Source: Candidatus Poribacteria bacterium
GTDB lineage: Bacteria > Poribacteria > WGA-4E > WGA-3G
Reading direction: 5' to 3'
DNA length: 64,000 bases
NCBI GenBank assembly: GCA_965197475.1
Contig: CBDANF010000002.1
Location: forward strand, 1,120,001-1,184,000
The notes under the pieces are model-generated. The model did not search any database. It was not told the origin of the DNA and saw only the letters and a program-made list of their open reading frames with translations. Numbering within the stretch: position 1 is the first letter of the stretch; each line of letters begins with the position of its first letter. Positions 29,865 through 40,740 of the stretch are shown piece by piece. Both the position numbers and the translations under genes were made by a program.

Positions 29865-31223
29865 ATGTTTCAAAAAATACTGATCGCAAACCGCGGTGAG
29901 ATAGCTATCCGTATTATCCGTGCCTGTAAGGATATGGGTATTAGGACTGTTGCTATATTTTCTACAGCAGATAGAGACGCGCTCCACGTCCAGTACGCCG
30001 ATGAATCCTACTGTATCGGACCGCCACCTTCAACCGAAAGTTATCTTAAATATGCGAACATCACTGCTGTTGCTGACTTTGCCAATGTTGATGCGATACA
30101 CCCAGGGGCCGGGTTTCTCGCTGAAGATGCACAGTTCGCTGAAATTTGTGAAGCACACCAAATAAAATTTATTGGTCCTTCCATTAGCGATCTCAAAACT
30201 ATGGGCGACAAAGTTCGAGCGTTAGAGGCAGTCGCAAAAGCAGGTTTGAAACTCGTTCCCGGTAGCCAAAGTAGGAAACAGAAGAAAGATAAAAATGCGA
30301 CCGTTGAAACAGCTGAGGAAGCAGCCGAATTGGCTGAAAAGATCGGATACCCGGTCGGAATCAAAGCATCCGCAGGCGGCGGCGGTCGTGGTATTCGCAT
30401 CGCACTCAATCGTCCCAGCCTGTTCAACCTATTTCACACGGCAAAATCCGAGAGCGAAGCCGCTTTTGGCAACGGTGATGTCTATATCGAAAAATGGATT
30501 GAAGAGGCACGGCATATTGAAGTCCAAATATTGGGGGATACTCACGGCAATGTCGTCCACCTTGGGGAACGCGAATGCTCTATCCAACGCAGACAGCAGA
30601 AATTGCTTGAAGAAGCCCCCGCCGCATCTATACCCTCTAAACTCTGTAATGAAATCTGTAAAGCAGCTGTTAAAGCCGCTAAATCAATCGGATACTCAAA
30701 TGCTGGTACAATTGAGTTTGTTGTTGATAAAGATGGAAATTTCTATTTCCTTGAGATGAATACACGGATTCAGGTCGAACACACCATCACTGAGAGTATC
30801 ACCGGTATTGATTTGATTAAGGAACAGATCCGATTGGCAATGGGAGAAGAACTCGGATACAACCAATCTGATATCCGCATCAGCGGACACGCTATTGAAT
30901 GCAGAATCAATGCTGAAGACCCCGCAAATCAGTTTATGCCTTCACCAGGGTTAGTTACAGATTATCAACCTCCCGGTGGTATCGGTATTCGGGTTGACGG
31001 GTATATCTACACCGGTTATACGGTTCCCCCGCACTATGATTCGCTTGTTGGGAAATTAATCGCTACTGGTAGAGACCGAAACGAAGCCATTGCACGTTTG
31101 AAACGGGCACTTTCCGAATTTAAAATTGAAGGCATAAAAACCACAATTCCACTCCATCAAAGAATCCTAAATGACGAGCGGTTTCTAAACAGAACCATTT
31201 TCACCAATTTCCTACAAACATGA
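29865..31223 (+). CDS. accC: Acetyl-CoA carboxylase biotin carboxylase subunit
   Basis: 'KILIANRGEIA', 'GGGGRG', 'ERECSIQRR', 'EMNTRIQVEH'. Confidence 0.97.
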   Translation: MFQKILIANRGEIAIRIIRACKDMGIRTVAIFSTADRDALHVQYADESYCIGPPPSTESYLKYANITAVADFANVDAIHPGAGFLAEDAQFAEICEAHQIKFIGPSISDLKTMGDKVRALEAVAKAGLKLVPGSQSRKQKKDKNATVETAEEAAELAEKIGYPVGIKASAGGGGRGIRIALNRPSLFNLFHTAKSESEAAFGNGDVYIEKWIEEARHIEVQILGDTHGNVVHLGERECSIQRRQQKLLEEAPAASIPSKLCNEICKAAVKAAKSIGYSNAGTIEFVVDKDGNFYFLEMNTRIQVEHTITESITGIDLIKEQIRLAMGEELGYNQSDIRISGHAIECRINAEDPANQFMPSPGLVTDYQPPGGIGIRVDGYIYTGYTVPPHYDSLVGKLIATGRDRNEAIARLKRALSEFKIEGIKTTIPLHQRILNDERFLNRTIFTNFLQT

Positions 31224-33061
31224 TGACATCAATTGGTCAAACCACTGAGGAAGTAAACCCTGAATTTACTACACTGGTAGAAAGATTCAGGCATCTTGTC
31301 TTACACCTTCTTATCTTTGTCAGAAAAATCCTAAAAAAGGTAAAACAATATAAAATAGTGGATAGATGGCGCATTAAAAACTATATGTGTTCCATCGCCG
31401 CTCTCATAGTCCTCCTGATTCCAGTAACTACAAATGCTGCTACCTTCGTTGATGTGACAAATGCAGCAGACATTGATTTTCAACATTCAAACGGTACCCG
31501 CTCCAGTTTACTTCCAGAAGATATGGGATCAGGAGCTGGCTTTGCCGATATAGATAACGATGGTGATCTTGATCTCTACATTGTAAATATCCCCGGTGCA
31601 TTCAAGGGAATGTCATCCAAAAAATCCGCTACTCAATCTGCGAATATGCTGTATCGTAACAACGGCAACGGCACCTTTACTGACATCACAGATTCCGCGA
31701 ACGTTGGAGACACTGGATACGGCATGGGATGTGTCTTTGCAGATTACAATGGGGATGGCAACGTTGACCTCTATGTGACAAACTACGGTGAAAATGTGCT
31801 CTATCATAACAACGGAGACAGCACCTTTACCGATGTGACAAAAACTGCTGGAGTCGGGTGTCCATTGTGGAGTACCGGTGCCGCTTTTGCTGATTACGAT
31901 GGCGATAACGATTTAGACCTCTACGTTTGTAACTACGTTAACTATGATCTTGAGAAATTCCAACAGAAGAAAGCGGAATCAGAACAATTCGGAAAATTAG
32001 TGCCAAATGCGTTGAATCCTGTCGTTTTTGAACCACAGGATAACGTCTTTTACCGAAACAACGGTGACGGAACGTTCACTGATATTACTGCCGAAGCAGG
32101 TGTTGCTGCTCCCAGTGGTAGAAGTATGCAAGCAATTTTCAGCGACTTTGACAATGATAACGATTTGGACCTCTACGTCGCAAACGACACCTCCGAAAAC
32201 CACATTTTCCGAAATGATGGAAACGGCACGTTTACCGATGTCAGTGCAGACTCATGGGCAGCGGACTTTCGAGGCTCAATGGGTTTAGCGGCAGGAGATT
32301 ATGATGCAGATGGGGATATTGACCTTTTTATCAGTCACTGGATTGATCAAGAATATGTACTTTATAGAAATCTGCTGAGAGAGGACAAAACTGCGGAAAC
32401 CCCCGCTACGAAACGTATCCGATTTGTAGATGAATCCTATTCCGCTATGCTTGCAGAAGTTACATTAAAGGAAATCGGGTGGGGCACCTCTCTTTTTGAC
32501 TACGACAACGACGGAGATTTAGATATCTTTGTGGCAAATGGGAGCACTTTCCAAAAACTGGATCAACCTGAATCGCTTATTCCACAACCTGATCAGTTGT
32601 TTCGTAATGAAGACGATGGCACTTTTAGTGATGTTAGTAAAAGCACTGGAATTGCTAATCTTCCTCCGCGAGTCAGCCGTGGTGCTGCTTTCGGTGACTA
32701 TGATAATGACGGAGATGTGGATATTTTCATCGTCAATAACTATGCAAAGCCGATCCTATGGCGGAATAGTGCCACCGATTTGAAGAATAGCAATAATTGG
32801 CTGCATGTTAAGTTGATCGGCACGAACGAAAACCGAAGTGCTGTCGGTGCGAAAATACTATTGAAAACCTCAGAGACTACACAGATACGAGAAATTTATG
32901 CAGGTGAAAGCTACATGTCCGCTAACAGTTTCATTGCTGAATTCGGGTTAGGAAAAGCTACCCAAATTCAGATGCTGCAGGTTATCTGGTCCAACGGTAA
33001 AACACAGACGCTTGAGGATGTATCGGTAAACCAACTGATACGGATTACACAGAGACCTTAG
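31220..33061 (+). CDS. CRTAC1/ASPIC-UnbV family FG-GAP repeat protein
   Basis: Repeated 'ADYDNDGDLDLYV.N' motifs, C-terminal 'EFGLG...VIWSNG'; true start may be later (signal-like MCSIAALIVLL). Confidence 0.9.
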   Translation: MMTSIGQTTEEVNPEFTTLVERFRHLVLHLLIFVRKILKKVKQYKIVDRWRIKNYMCSIAALIVLLIPVTTNAATFVDVTNAADIDFQHSNGTRSSLLPEDMGSGAGFADIDNDGDLDLYIVNIPGAFKGMSSKKSATQSANMLYRNNGNGTFTDITDSANVGDTGYGMGCVFADYNGDGNVDLYVTNYGENVLYHNNGDSTFTDVTKTAGVGCPLWSTGAAFADYDGDNDLDLYVCNYVNYDLEKFQQKKAESEQFGKLVPNALNPVVFEPQDNVFYRNNGDGTFTDITAEAGVAAPSGRSMQAIFSDFDNDNDLDLYVANDTSENHIFRNDGNGTFTDVSADSWAADFRGSMGLAAGDYDADGDIDLFISHWIDQEYVLYRNLLREDKTAETPATKRIRFVDESYSAMLAEVTLKEIGWGTSLFDYDNDGDLDIFVANGSTFQKLDQPESLIPQPDQLFRNEDDGTFSDVSKSTGIANLPPRVSRGAAFGDYDNDGDVDIFIVNNYAKPILWRNSATDLKNSNNWLHVKLIGTNENRSAVGAKILLKTSETTQIREIYAGESYMSANSFIAEFGLGKATQIQMLQVIWSNGKTQTLEDVSVNQLIRITQRP

Positions 33062-33070
33062 ATTGGGTTA

Positions 33071-33238
33071 GTGTCTGAACCAGGATTCACAAGATTATAG
33101 GATTTTCGAGATTGTTGGCAGTTTGACTTTTCTTGACACGGTCAAACCTATCTGATTATCTTGCGAATACGACTCACTACTGCAGAAACCTCTTTAATCC
33201 TGAAAATATGGAAATCATGCGAATCATGGTTCAGACAA
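33071..33238. repeat. Palindromic mini-element (GTCTGAACC...GGTTCAGAC) with periodic GATT/AATC motifs
   Basis: Terminal inverted repeat; related to elements at ~21563-21781 and ~23367-23585. Confidence 0.6.
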
Positions 33239-33260
33239 TAAACATTATATTTTACCTGCC

Positions 33261-34646
33261 ATGAACATCAACTCCAAAACCTCACCAAAGTCTGCCCTGT
33301 TGACAGAATCCGAGATGTCACTGTTTGTTGACTACTATCAGCTCACGATGGGACAAGCAGATTTCAATGTCCAAAACGATGCTGTTATTACTGCCAATTA
33401 CTATGTCCGAAAAATTCCACAAGGTGAATATCTCATTGCGGCAGGTCTCGAACAGGTTATCCATTATGTCCTAAATTTGCGTTTTACCGATGATATTCTC
33501 AATTGGCTATCGCAGCGCGGCGAATTGAGCGATGACTACCTTGAATCGTTGAAAGAGTTCCGATTTGAGGGATCCATTTATGCTGTCCCTGAAGGCACTC
33601 TCGTTTTCCCGAATGAACCTATTATCAACGTGACCGGCAGATCACGAGACGTGCAACTTTTTGAAACCTATCTGCTCTGCGTGATGAACTTTCAGACGTT
33701 GATTGCGACAAAAGCTTCACGTATTGTCCGCGCGGCAAGAGGAAAGCCTGTTTTTGATTTCGGTGCAAGACGCGCGCACGGCAGAGATGCAGGTATCCTT
33801 GCTGCGCGCGCATCGTTCATCGGTGGGGCAAGCGGTACATCTCTTGTGCTTGCAGGACGTTATTTTGATATTCCTTACGTCGGCACGATGGCACATAAAT
33901 TTGTTATGGAACGCCCTACAGAAGTTGATGCATTCCGAGATTATGCTAATGTTTTCCCACACAACACCACATTCCTAATTGATACCTACGATACGTTACA
34001 GGGAGCAAGAAATGCGTGTATCGTTGCACATGAGATGGAAGCGCGCGGTGCCCGACTAAAAGCGGTGAGATTGGATAGTGGCGATCTCTTGTTACTCAGT
34101 AAAGAGGTTCGCCGTATTTTTGATGCAGAAGGACTTGACTATGTGCAGATTATTGCCAGCCATGATCTTGATGAATTTGAGATAAACAAATTGCTTAAGA
34201 AAGGTGCACCGATTGATGGTTTCGGAGTCGGCACCCGTCTTGCCACGGGTGCCAACTTTAATTCTTATACCGGTAAAGGCGGACCTTCCGCACTCGGCGG
34301 TGTCTATAAATCAGTTGAACGTGATGGTATTCCTGTTGGTAAACAGACGCTTGATGAACCTGCTAAAGCTACACTACCCGGAAGAAAGCAGATATATCGG
34401 CAAACTGACACCGATGGATACTATTGTAAAGACTGCGTCACGCTTTGGAATGAACCGGTATCCGATGGAGAACCACTCTTAATTTCCATTGTCAAGGACG
34501 GAGAATTGGTGTATAATTTTTCAAATCTGACAGACATTCAAGAACGGACGAGAGTGCAACTTAGGAAATTACATGAATCTCATAAAACTTTGATAGATGC
34601 TAAACCGTATCCAGTTGAAATACATCCGGGGTTGAAAACAGAATAG
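33261..34646 (+). CDS. pncB: Nicotinate phosphoribosyltransferase
   Basis: 'DYYQLTM', 'DFGARRAH', 'GTMAH', 'LIDTYDT', 'VRLDSGD'. Confidence 0.95.
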   Translation: MNINSKTSPKSALLTESEMSLFVDYYQLTMGQADFNVQNDAVITANYYVRKIPQGEYLIAAGLEQVIHYVLNLRFTDDILNWLSQRGELSDDYLESLKEFRFEGSIYAVPEGTLVFPNEPIINVTGRSRDVQLFETYLLCVMNFQTLIATKASRIVRAARGKPVFDFGARRAHGRDAGILAARASFIGGASGTSLVLAGRYFDIPYVGTMAHKFVMERPTEVDAFRDYANVFPHNTTFLIDTYDTLQGARNACIVAHEMEARGARLKAVRLDSGDLLLLSKEVRRIFDAEGLDYVQIIASHDLDEFEINKLLKKGAPIDGFGVGTRLATGANFNSYTGKGGPSALGGVYKSVERDGIPVGKQTLDEPAKATLPGRKQIYRQTDTDGYYCKDCVTLWNEPVSDGEPLLISIVKDGELVYNFSNLTDIQERTRVQLRKLHESHKTLIDAKPYPVEIHPGLKTE

Positions 34647-34726
34647 TAACGAAAACACGTATATTCTCCTTAACCACTTTACCCTTGATGAGGGACATGC
34701 TTGCGCTGATAAGCAAGGGAGGAAAT

Positions 34727-35554
34727 GTGAATACCCTAAAGAACTTTGAATACAAGCAAAGAAAGTATATGCCTGTCTTTCCAAAAGCGAGTGGAAAACC
34801 AACTATTTATATTGAAGGATATCCCTGTGAGGACGATGAACCTATGGCTGCCACAGGATTTCACGCGGAACAGATTTCTACCTTTTTTGACCAACTCTCG
34901 CGACATTTTGAAATTAATGAACACATCCACGTTGGCATTGACAATTTCATCTACTACCGTGAAGGCGACATGACAAAATTCGTTGCGCCAGATGTTTACG
35001 TTGTTTTAGGTGTTGATAAAGTTCCGCAGCGGCGTAGTTTTTATACGTGGTCCGAAGGTGCAGTTCCCGCTGCCGTTTTTGAATTTCTTTCTGATGCAAC
35101 GGCGAATCAAGATCGGCACGAAAAAGTTCAACTGTATCTGATGGATATGGGTGTTCCAGAATACTTTATCCATCAACCTGAGATGGAGAAGCCGGCAGAA
35201 TTTCGTGGGTGGCGGCGGAGTCCATCGGGTGAGATACTTGAAATTGCCCCAAACGCGCAGGATGGTTTGTTCAGTGAAACGTTAAATCTCTTATTTCGAT
35301 GGGAGGATCAACTTCATAGCCACGTTAGGCTTTTACGCCCGTATCTACCGGATGGCACCCCGATTACAACCTCTACAGAAGAGCAGCACCTGCGAATGGA
35401 AGAGCAGCACCTGCGAATGGAAGAGCAACATATGAGAGTGGAGGCGGAAGCGCGTGCCGCAGAAGCAGAAAGGATCGCCAGAGAAGAAACGGAACGAAGA
35501 CAGACGTTAGAGACAGAGTTAGAACGTCTCCGTGCACAACTCGCCAACCGCTAA
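34727..35554 (+). CDS. Uma2-family (DUF820) PD-(D/E)XK protein with EEQHLRM x3 coiled tail
   Basis: 'APDVYVV', 'FEFLSDATANQDRHEK..Y...GVPEYF'; GTG start after GGAGG. Confidence 0.85.
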   Translation: MNTLKNFEYKQRKYMPVFPKASGKPTIYIEGYPCEDDEPMAATGFHAEQISTFFDQLSRHFEINEHIHVGIDNFIYYREGDMTKFVAPDVYVVLGVDKVPQRRSFYTWSEGAVPAAVFEFLSDATANQDRHEKVQLYLMDMGVPEYFIHQPEMEKPAEFRGWRRSPSGEILEIAPNAQDGLFSETLNLLFRWEDQLHSHVRLLRPYLPDGTPITTSTEEQHLRMEEQHLRMEEQHMRVEAEARAAEAERIAREETERRQTLETELERLRAQLANR

Positions 35555-35642
35555 CGCTAAGACGAAAGCGCGTGACACTTCCTAAGGTGGTGACGCACAG
35601 AAAGGAAAACGTATCAGGATTTACGCAAATTCGGAACCGTCC

Positions 35643-35861
35643 TGTAAAGACTGCGTAACACTTTGGGTTAAACCGATATTCGATGGAGAACCGCTCTTAA
35701 TTTCCATTGTCAAAGACGGGAACTTGGTGTATAATTTTCCAAATCTGACAGACATTCAGGAGCGGACGAAGATGGGACTCACAAAATTGCAGGAATCCCA
35801 TAAAACATTCACAGATGCTAAACCTTATGCGGTTGAAATACATCCGTCATTGAGAAAGTAA
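35643..35861 (+). pseudogene. Degenerate duplicate of the 3' end of pncB
   Basis: Aligns by eye to 34425-34646 (CKDCVTLW...VEIHP). Confidence 0.85.
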
Positions 35862-36031
35862 ATCAAGATACATTGATTTTTCTCGTGAGATATGGTATTC
35901 TTAATCTAACACTTTATAAACAAAAGCGTCACGCGTCCTAAGAACTTGCGATGCAGCACGCAAACAATTTTAATTAAGGCATAACATCGCTGTTATGCTT
36001 GAAAGCTAAATGCTGAAGGAACACAAAATTA

Positions 36032-37216
36032 GTGTCTAAAGAACCAAACAATTCTAATCCCGTCGATGCGACGGACATTATCCATCCTCAACCTGTCCCT
36101 TTTATACTGGTTCACCTTGCATGTTTTACCGTTTTTTTTGTAGATGTTCAACCCACTGATTGGATTATATGCGGTGTACTTTACGTTATACGTATGTTTG
36201 GCATCACAGGAGGATTTCATCGTTATTTTTCACACCGAGCATTCAAAACAAGCCGAGGATTCCAATTCTTTTTGGCATTTCTCGGACAGAGCTCGGCACA
36301 ACGGGCTACCTTATGGTGGGCAGCGAAACATCGAGAACATCATAAGTATTCTGACACAGAGCATGATGTTCACTCCCCAGTAAAACATGGATTTTGGTAT
36401 TCCCACGTAGGCTGGATTTTGTGTACACGCGGTCTGAGCGCAGATTACAGTTTGATAAAGGACTTTCGGAAATATCCTGAACTCGTTTGGCTTGGGAAAT
36501 ACCATACACTACCAGCAGTGTTATTAGCCGTTTTCGTTTGGGCAATTGCAGGCTGGTCCGGACTTGTCGTCGGTTTTATAATCAGTACGGTGCTTCTATA
36601 CCACGGCACATTTACGATCAATTCTCTTTCCCACATTTATGGGAAACAACGTTATGACACCGGAGATAATTCTCGTAACAATCTGTTACTCGCCATCATT
36701 ACACTCGGGGAAGGATGGCATAATAACCACCACCATTTTCCAAGTGCAGCCCCGCAAGGTTTTCATTGGTGGCAAATTGACATCACGTATTATATTTTGA
36801 AAATTTTGTCCGTTTTTAGAATCGTTTGGGACCTTCGCTTACCACCCGCGCATGTCGTTGAGGGCAAACGTAGGGTGTCTCTCGCTGCCATAGAAAACGC
36901 AGCTCAGCAGCTCGCTGCGAGTTTTTCGGTTGAACAGATCAGCAAAACGGTTTTGCAAGTATGGGCACACACGCCAAAATTAGAAGAACTCCGTAGACGC
37001 GCTCGCATTGGTCAGGCAGAAGTTGAAGCATTTCTCAAAGAAATGAAGATCCTTGAGTTACCGAAAATAGGAAATCTTACAGATAAAGCACAAAACATGT
37101 TTACTCACATCCCATCCTTAAATCCGATTGTTGAGCGGGCAAATCATATCATCGTTCAGTCCGTTTCGGTTTGGCTGCTTCAGAATGACATGTGCGAATC
37201 AGCAGTTGGGGTTTAG
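36032..37216 (+). CDS. Acyl-CoA (delta-9-like) fatty acid desaturase
   Basis: His boxes HRYFSH, HREHH, HNNHH. Confidence 0.93.
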   Translation: MSKEPNNSNPVDATDIIHPQPVPFILVHLACFTVFFVDVQPTDWIICGVLYVIRMFGITGGFHRYFSHRAFKTSRGFQFFLAFLGQSSAQRATLWWAAKHREHHKYSDTEHDVHSPVKHGFWYSHVGWILCTRGLSADYSLIKDFRKYPELVWLGKYHTLPAVLLAVFVWAIAGWSGLVVGFIISTVLLYHGTFTINSLSHIYGKQRYDTGDNSRNNLLLAIITLGEGWHNNHHHFPSAAPQGFHWWQIDITYYILKILSVFRIVWDLRLPPAHVVEGKRRVSLAAIENAAQQLAASFSVEQISKTVLQVWAHTPKLEELRRRARIGQAEVEAFLKEMKILELPKIGNLTDKAQNMFTHIPSLNPIVERANHIIVQSVSVWLLQNDMCESAVGV

Positions 37217-37253
37217 TGAATACTGATACGGGTTGGGTTAGACTGAAAGTAAA

Positions 37254-37490
37254 GCCCATAACTGTCAACTTAAGAAACACGTTGTGGTAAGCTATCGCTC
37301 TTTAGTCCCGTAGGGACGATATGTTTATAGCATGTCGCATTCACACATCTCTTTAGCTCCATAGGAGCGACATAGATTTTACAAACATACTGCCTCTACG
37401 AGGCTCAAGAACGCGGGGTAGCACCTTTTCTATAAACATATCGTCTCTACGAGGCTATAAATTCATGTCCTTAAATTGACGACTATGGGT
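37254..37490. mobile_element. MITE family B (TIR RCCCATA..GTCAA(C/T)TTAAG)
   Basis: GCCCATAACTGTCAACTTAAG...CTTAAATTGACGACTATGGGT; long imperfect flanking duplication. Confidence 0.75.
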
Positions 37491-37563
37491 TAAACTGAAG
37501 TAAAACCCAACCATGCGGTTGAAATACATCCAGAGTTGCGAAATTCTATTGATCGGGTAAATT

Positions 37564-40548
37564 ATGAAAACCATCTTATTTACATTATTTTCAGTAATCT
37601 TATTGTGTGCTATCGTTTTTCATAGCAACGCTTATGACTACCACTGGGAAATAGACGAAACACCAGAAGGAGAGGAAAGTGTTACCGTAGTCGAACCTGT
37701 GCAAGTGACGCTATTAGATGAACAGGTAGAAATATCATCTCATAGTGCATCACTACGTCTGCTCCAAGTATATTCTGTTCACCTCAGATCAGAATGGGAA
37801 TCAGGATACGCACATAGACTATTCCTAACGTTTGAATCAATTCCGCAACAAAAGAATCCTCTTTATGAAAATCCAGCTCTACAACCGTCTATATGGAAAC
37901 TAAGTAACAGGCACATTCAAAATGACATAGAGATTGAATACTCGGGTGATACTAAAATTGTCACCATTGCCGCCGATGCTTTTACTTATGCGACCCCTTT
38001 GTTAGCCGAAATCGAAGGCGTGCGTGGTAGGTACTTCTCCAAACGACTCCACCGGGCAGTGGTTCGGTACGTAACAGACAATGGGGCGGATAGAAACACT
38101 ATTAAACGTATACTTCGAAAAAGGTACGCCGTTAGTATAGATGTCCCTGATTATATTGAACTTACAAAGTATACAACAGGTGAACATGCGGGTCGTTTCT
38201 CAACATTCAAAGATGAAGAACTAATGGCTCTCGTATCAATGTTTGAGGAGTTTCCGCAAGGCATGCTTAAAACACCCGGATTAAAATATTTGGTTAGACG
38301 TTTAGATGGAACACCACATCCGCTTTATCCGACCGCGCCTGCAGTCGCGTGGCCGAGTGCAGGCTACATTGAATTTATGGAAGCTGCTTTTATAGGAGGC
38401 AGTCCTGATTACATGCATCGCTTGATTCTGCATGAAAAGGCACATTTCCTATGGGCACACCTTTTTGACGAACAACTTAAACAGGATTGGATTGAACTCG
38501 GCGGCTGGTTTCGAAATCCGGACGACGCTGATGGGTGGTCTACGACTAAGCAAACAGAGTTTGTTTCGGCGTACGCACACGCCAAAAATCCTAATGAAGA
38601 TATGGCGGAGAGTATCAGTTTTTATATCATAAGACCTGACAAGCTACGTTCTCGTTCACCTGCTAAATACGAATTTATTCAAAATCGGATAATGCACGGC
38701 ACGCGCTACATCTCACAAATACGCGAGGACTTGACTTTTGTGGTCTACAATCTTTATCCTGATTATGTGTATCCTGGACGGATTGTAAGAGTTGACATAC
38801 AAGTGGATGGTGAACCCGAAGAAGATAAGATGATTACAGTCGAAATAGAAATTCATAGAGAGAGCCAATTGGATTCAGCGCGAGGTGTATTTATTAGACT
38901 TTTTAGTGAAAAAGGCACGTTCTTTGATGTTTGGCTTTCACCTATCAATGCACAAGGACAACGAATTTCTGCGGGGCATGTTTTCAGAGGTTCAATAACA
39001 TTAACACGCTATGCCGCAAATGGTTACTGGGGGCCAGACTCGGTTACTTTAAGTGACGTTTCTGGAAATCAGCGTCATGAATCTGCTCAAACAGATTTTG
39101 GGTGGAAACTCTATATCAACAATCCTCTTGCGGATTGTCAACTTCCAGCGTATGTTAAGGAATCAATGCGTCTTAGCTTATCTCAAGGGATTGAGGAGGA
39201 TAGAACTTTTCACATCATCACCGCACGCTGGCAGATTGTTGAGGATATAGGAATAAGAAATGTATCTGTTCATGTTAACGATGAAAGTAGGGGAACTTAT
39301 TCACACAACGCAAAGAGTTGGAGGAACCCTCAAGTTGCTGCAGGTGGAGGGAGAGGTTACAACCACGAAACAGGTGAAGCTACAGCAGAATTGATTATTC
39401 CTGATTACTACCAAAACGGTAATTATCTGGTCCACTATATTTCTATGGTAGATTTTGCTGGAAACAGAAGCGGTGTGTATTTCTCTAATTTCGACGGGGG
39501 ACTATGGGAAACAGACATAAAACTTGACGAACTACCTGCTTCAATTTATGTTCCGACAATTAATCCTGATAACGCGCCAGTTGTGCTTGATCTGAATAAT
39601 ATTACGATTAAAGCAGAACCGACAAAGCCTGAAGACCCCAATGGTGAAACGATAGTCAATATTACCTTTAGAGTAAAAGACAATATCAGCGGTTATTGGA
39701 AAGCTGATTTACGCCTGCGTGATCCTTTAGGTAATATTCACCAATTCACACACTTTCATTCTGAGCATTACAAAATCTATTTCCATGGAGACCCGAAGGT
39801 ATATGAAACTTACCACAAACAGATTATTTTGCCGGTTGGCAGTATTCCCGGCACATGGGGCCTTGCCGAGATGGTAGTTTTTGATAAGGCACATAATATC
39901 TTACGGGCAGACTTTACTGAAATCGTCCGTTTTGTGGTGGATGATACTATTTATACCCAATCTGATGTCAACGAAGACGGTGAAATTGACATTCGGGATC
40001 TGATTATTGTTGCCCAATCGTTTGAAGACTTCAACGAAAAAGCAGATGTCAACGGTGATGGCACTGTCAATATTTTAGATTTAGTGGAAGTTGCCAGCCA
40101 TCTTGGAGAAGAAGCGGCGGCACCAGCTGCATACAACCCAACTGCTGATCAAATCCAAAGTTGGATCACGCAAGCAATGCAAGAAGATAATGGCAGTCAT
40201 ATCTTCCGTAGAGGTATCCAGGTCCTACAATCTCTCTTACTTAGCCTGCGTCCTGAAACAACTGCTTTGCTGCCTAACTACCCAAATCCGTTTAACCCGG
40301 AAACGTGGATACCTTATCATTTGGCAAACGCCAGCGATGTGCAGATTGCCATTTACGATACGAGAGGGCGCATAGTTCGCACGTTAGCACTCGGGCATCA
40401 GCCCGCAGGCTATTACACAGACAGAGGTCGTGCAGCATATTGGGATGGTCGGAATAGCGTGGGGGAACGTATTGCAAGCGGTGTCTATTTTTATCAACTG
40501 CAGGCGGATTCTATTTCACAACTGCGTAAAATGGTTATTTTGAAATAG
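37564..40548 (+). CDS. Secreted Zn-metallopeptidase-like protein with dockerin/EF-hand repeat and FlgD-like C-terminal domain
   Basis: Signal peptide; HEKAH plus 'FVSAYA...NPNEDMAES'; 'DVNEDGEIDIRDL/DVNGDGTVNILDL'; 'LLPNYPNPFNPETWIPY...GVYFYQL...RKMVILK'. Confidence 0.8.
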   Translation: MKTILFTLFSVILLCAIVFHSNAYDYHWEIDETPEGEESVTVVEPVQVTLLDEQVEISSHSASLRLLQVYSVHLRSEWESGYAHRLFLTFESIPQQKNPLYENPALQPSIWKLSNRHIQNDIEIEYSGDTKIVTIAADAFTYATPLLAEIEGVRGRYFSKRLHRAVVRYVTDNGADRNTIKRILRKRYAVSIDVPDYIELTKYTTGEHAGRFSTFKDEELMALVSMFEEFPQGMLKTPGLKYLVRRLDGTPHPLYPTAPAVAWPSAGYIEFMEAAFIGGSPDYMHRLILHEKAHFLWAHLFDEQLKQDWIELGGWFRNPDDADGWSTTKQTEFVSAYAHAKNPNEDMAESISFYIIRPDKLRSRSPAKYEFIQNRIMHGTRYISQIREDLTFVVYNLYPDYVYPGRIVRVDIQVDGEPEEDKMITVEIEIHRESQLDSARGVFIRLFSEKGTFFDVWLSPINAQGQRISAGHVFRGSITLTRYAANGYWGPDSVTLSDVSGNQRHESAQTDFGWKLYINNPLADCQLPAYVKESMRLSLSQGIEEDRTFHIITARWQIVEDIGIRNVSVHVNDESRGTYSHNAKSWRNPQVAAGGGRGYNHETGEATAELIIPDYYQNGNYLVHYISMVDFAGNRSGVYFSNFDGGLWETDIKLDELPASIYVPTINPDNAPVVLDLNNITIKAEPTKPEDPNGETIVNITFRVKDNISGYWKADLRLRDPLGNIHQFTHFHSEHYKIYFHGDPKVYETYHKQIILPVGSIPGTWGLAEMVVFDKAHNILRADFTEIVRFVVDDTIYTQSDVNEDGEIDIRDLIIVAQSFEDFNEKADVNGDGTVNILDLVEVASHLGEEAAAPAAYNPTADQIQSWITQAMQEDNGSHIFRRGIQVLQSLLLSLRPETTALLPNYPNPFNPETWIPYHLANASDVQIAIYDTRGRIVRTLALGHQPAGYYTDRGRAAYWDGRNSVGERIASGVYFYQLQADSISQLRKMVILK

Positions 40549-40568
40549 TATCAAATGACCATAGGATA

Positions 40569-40740
40569 GCTGGAAGGCTGATGTTCATTGGCTTCCCAGC
40601 GATCGTTGATGAGTGGGTTGCGTTGGGATCGCGAGCATCCTCTTTGAGAAATGATGCGTTTAGCGATAAACGTGTCTAAAGTATAGCAAAACCGGTAGCG
40701 GTTGTCAACCATATTTTCAAGGCACCTGCCCCGGTTTTGC
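40569..40740 (+). ncRNA. Candidate structured RNA in the non-coding end of the DUF1670 element
   Basis: Five consecutive hairpins; G-U pairs and a GCGA (GNRA) tetraloop favour the + strand. Confidence 0.45.

Noticed and set aside
35379-35440. 21-bp repeat in the Uma2 gene
   Set aside because: Ordinary coiled-coil tail expansion, common in Uma2/DUF820 proteins.
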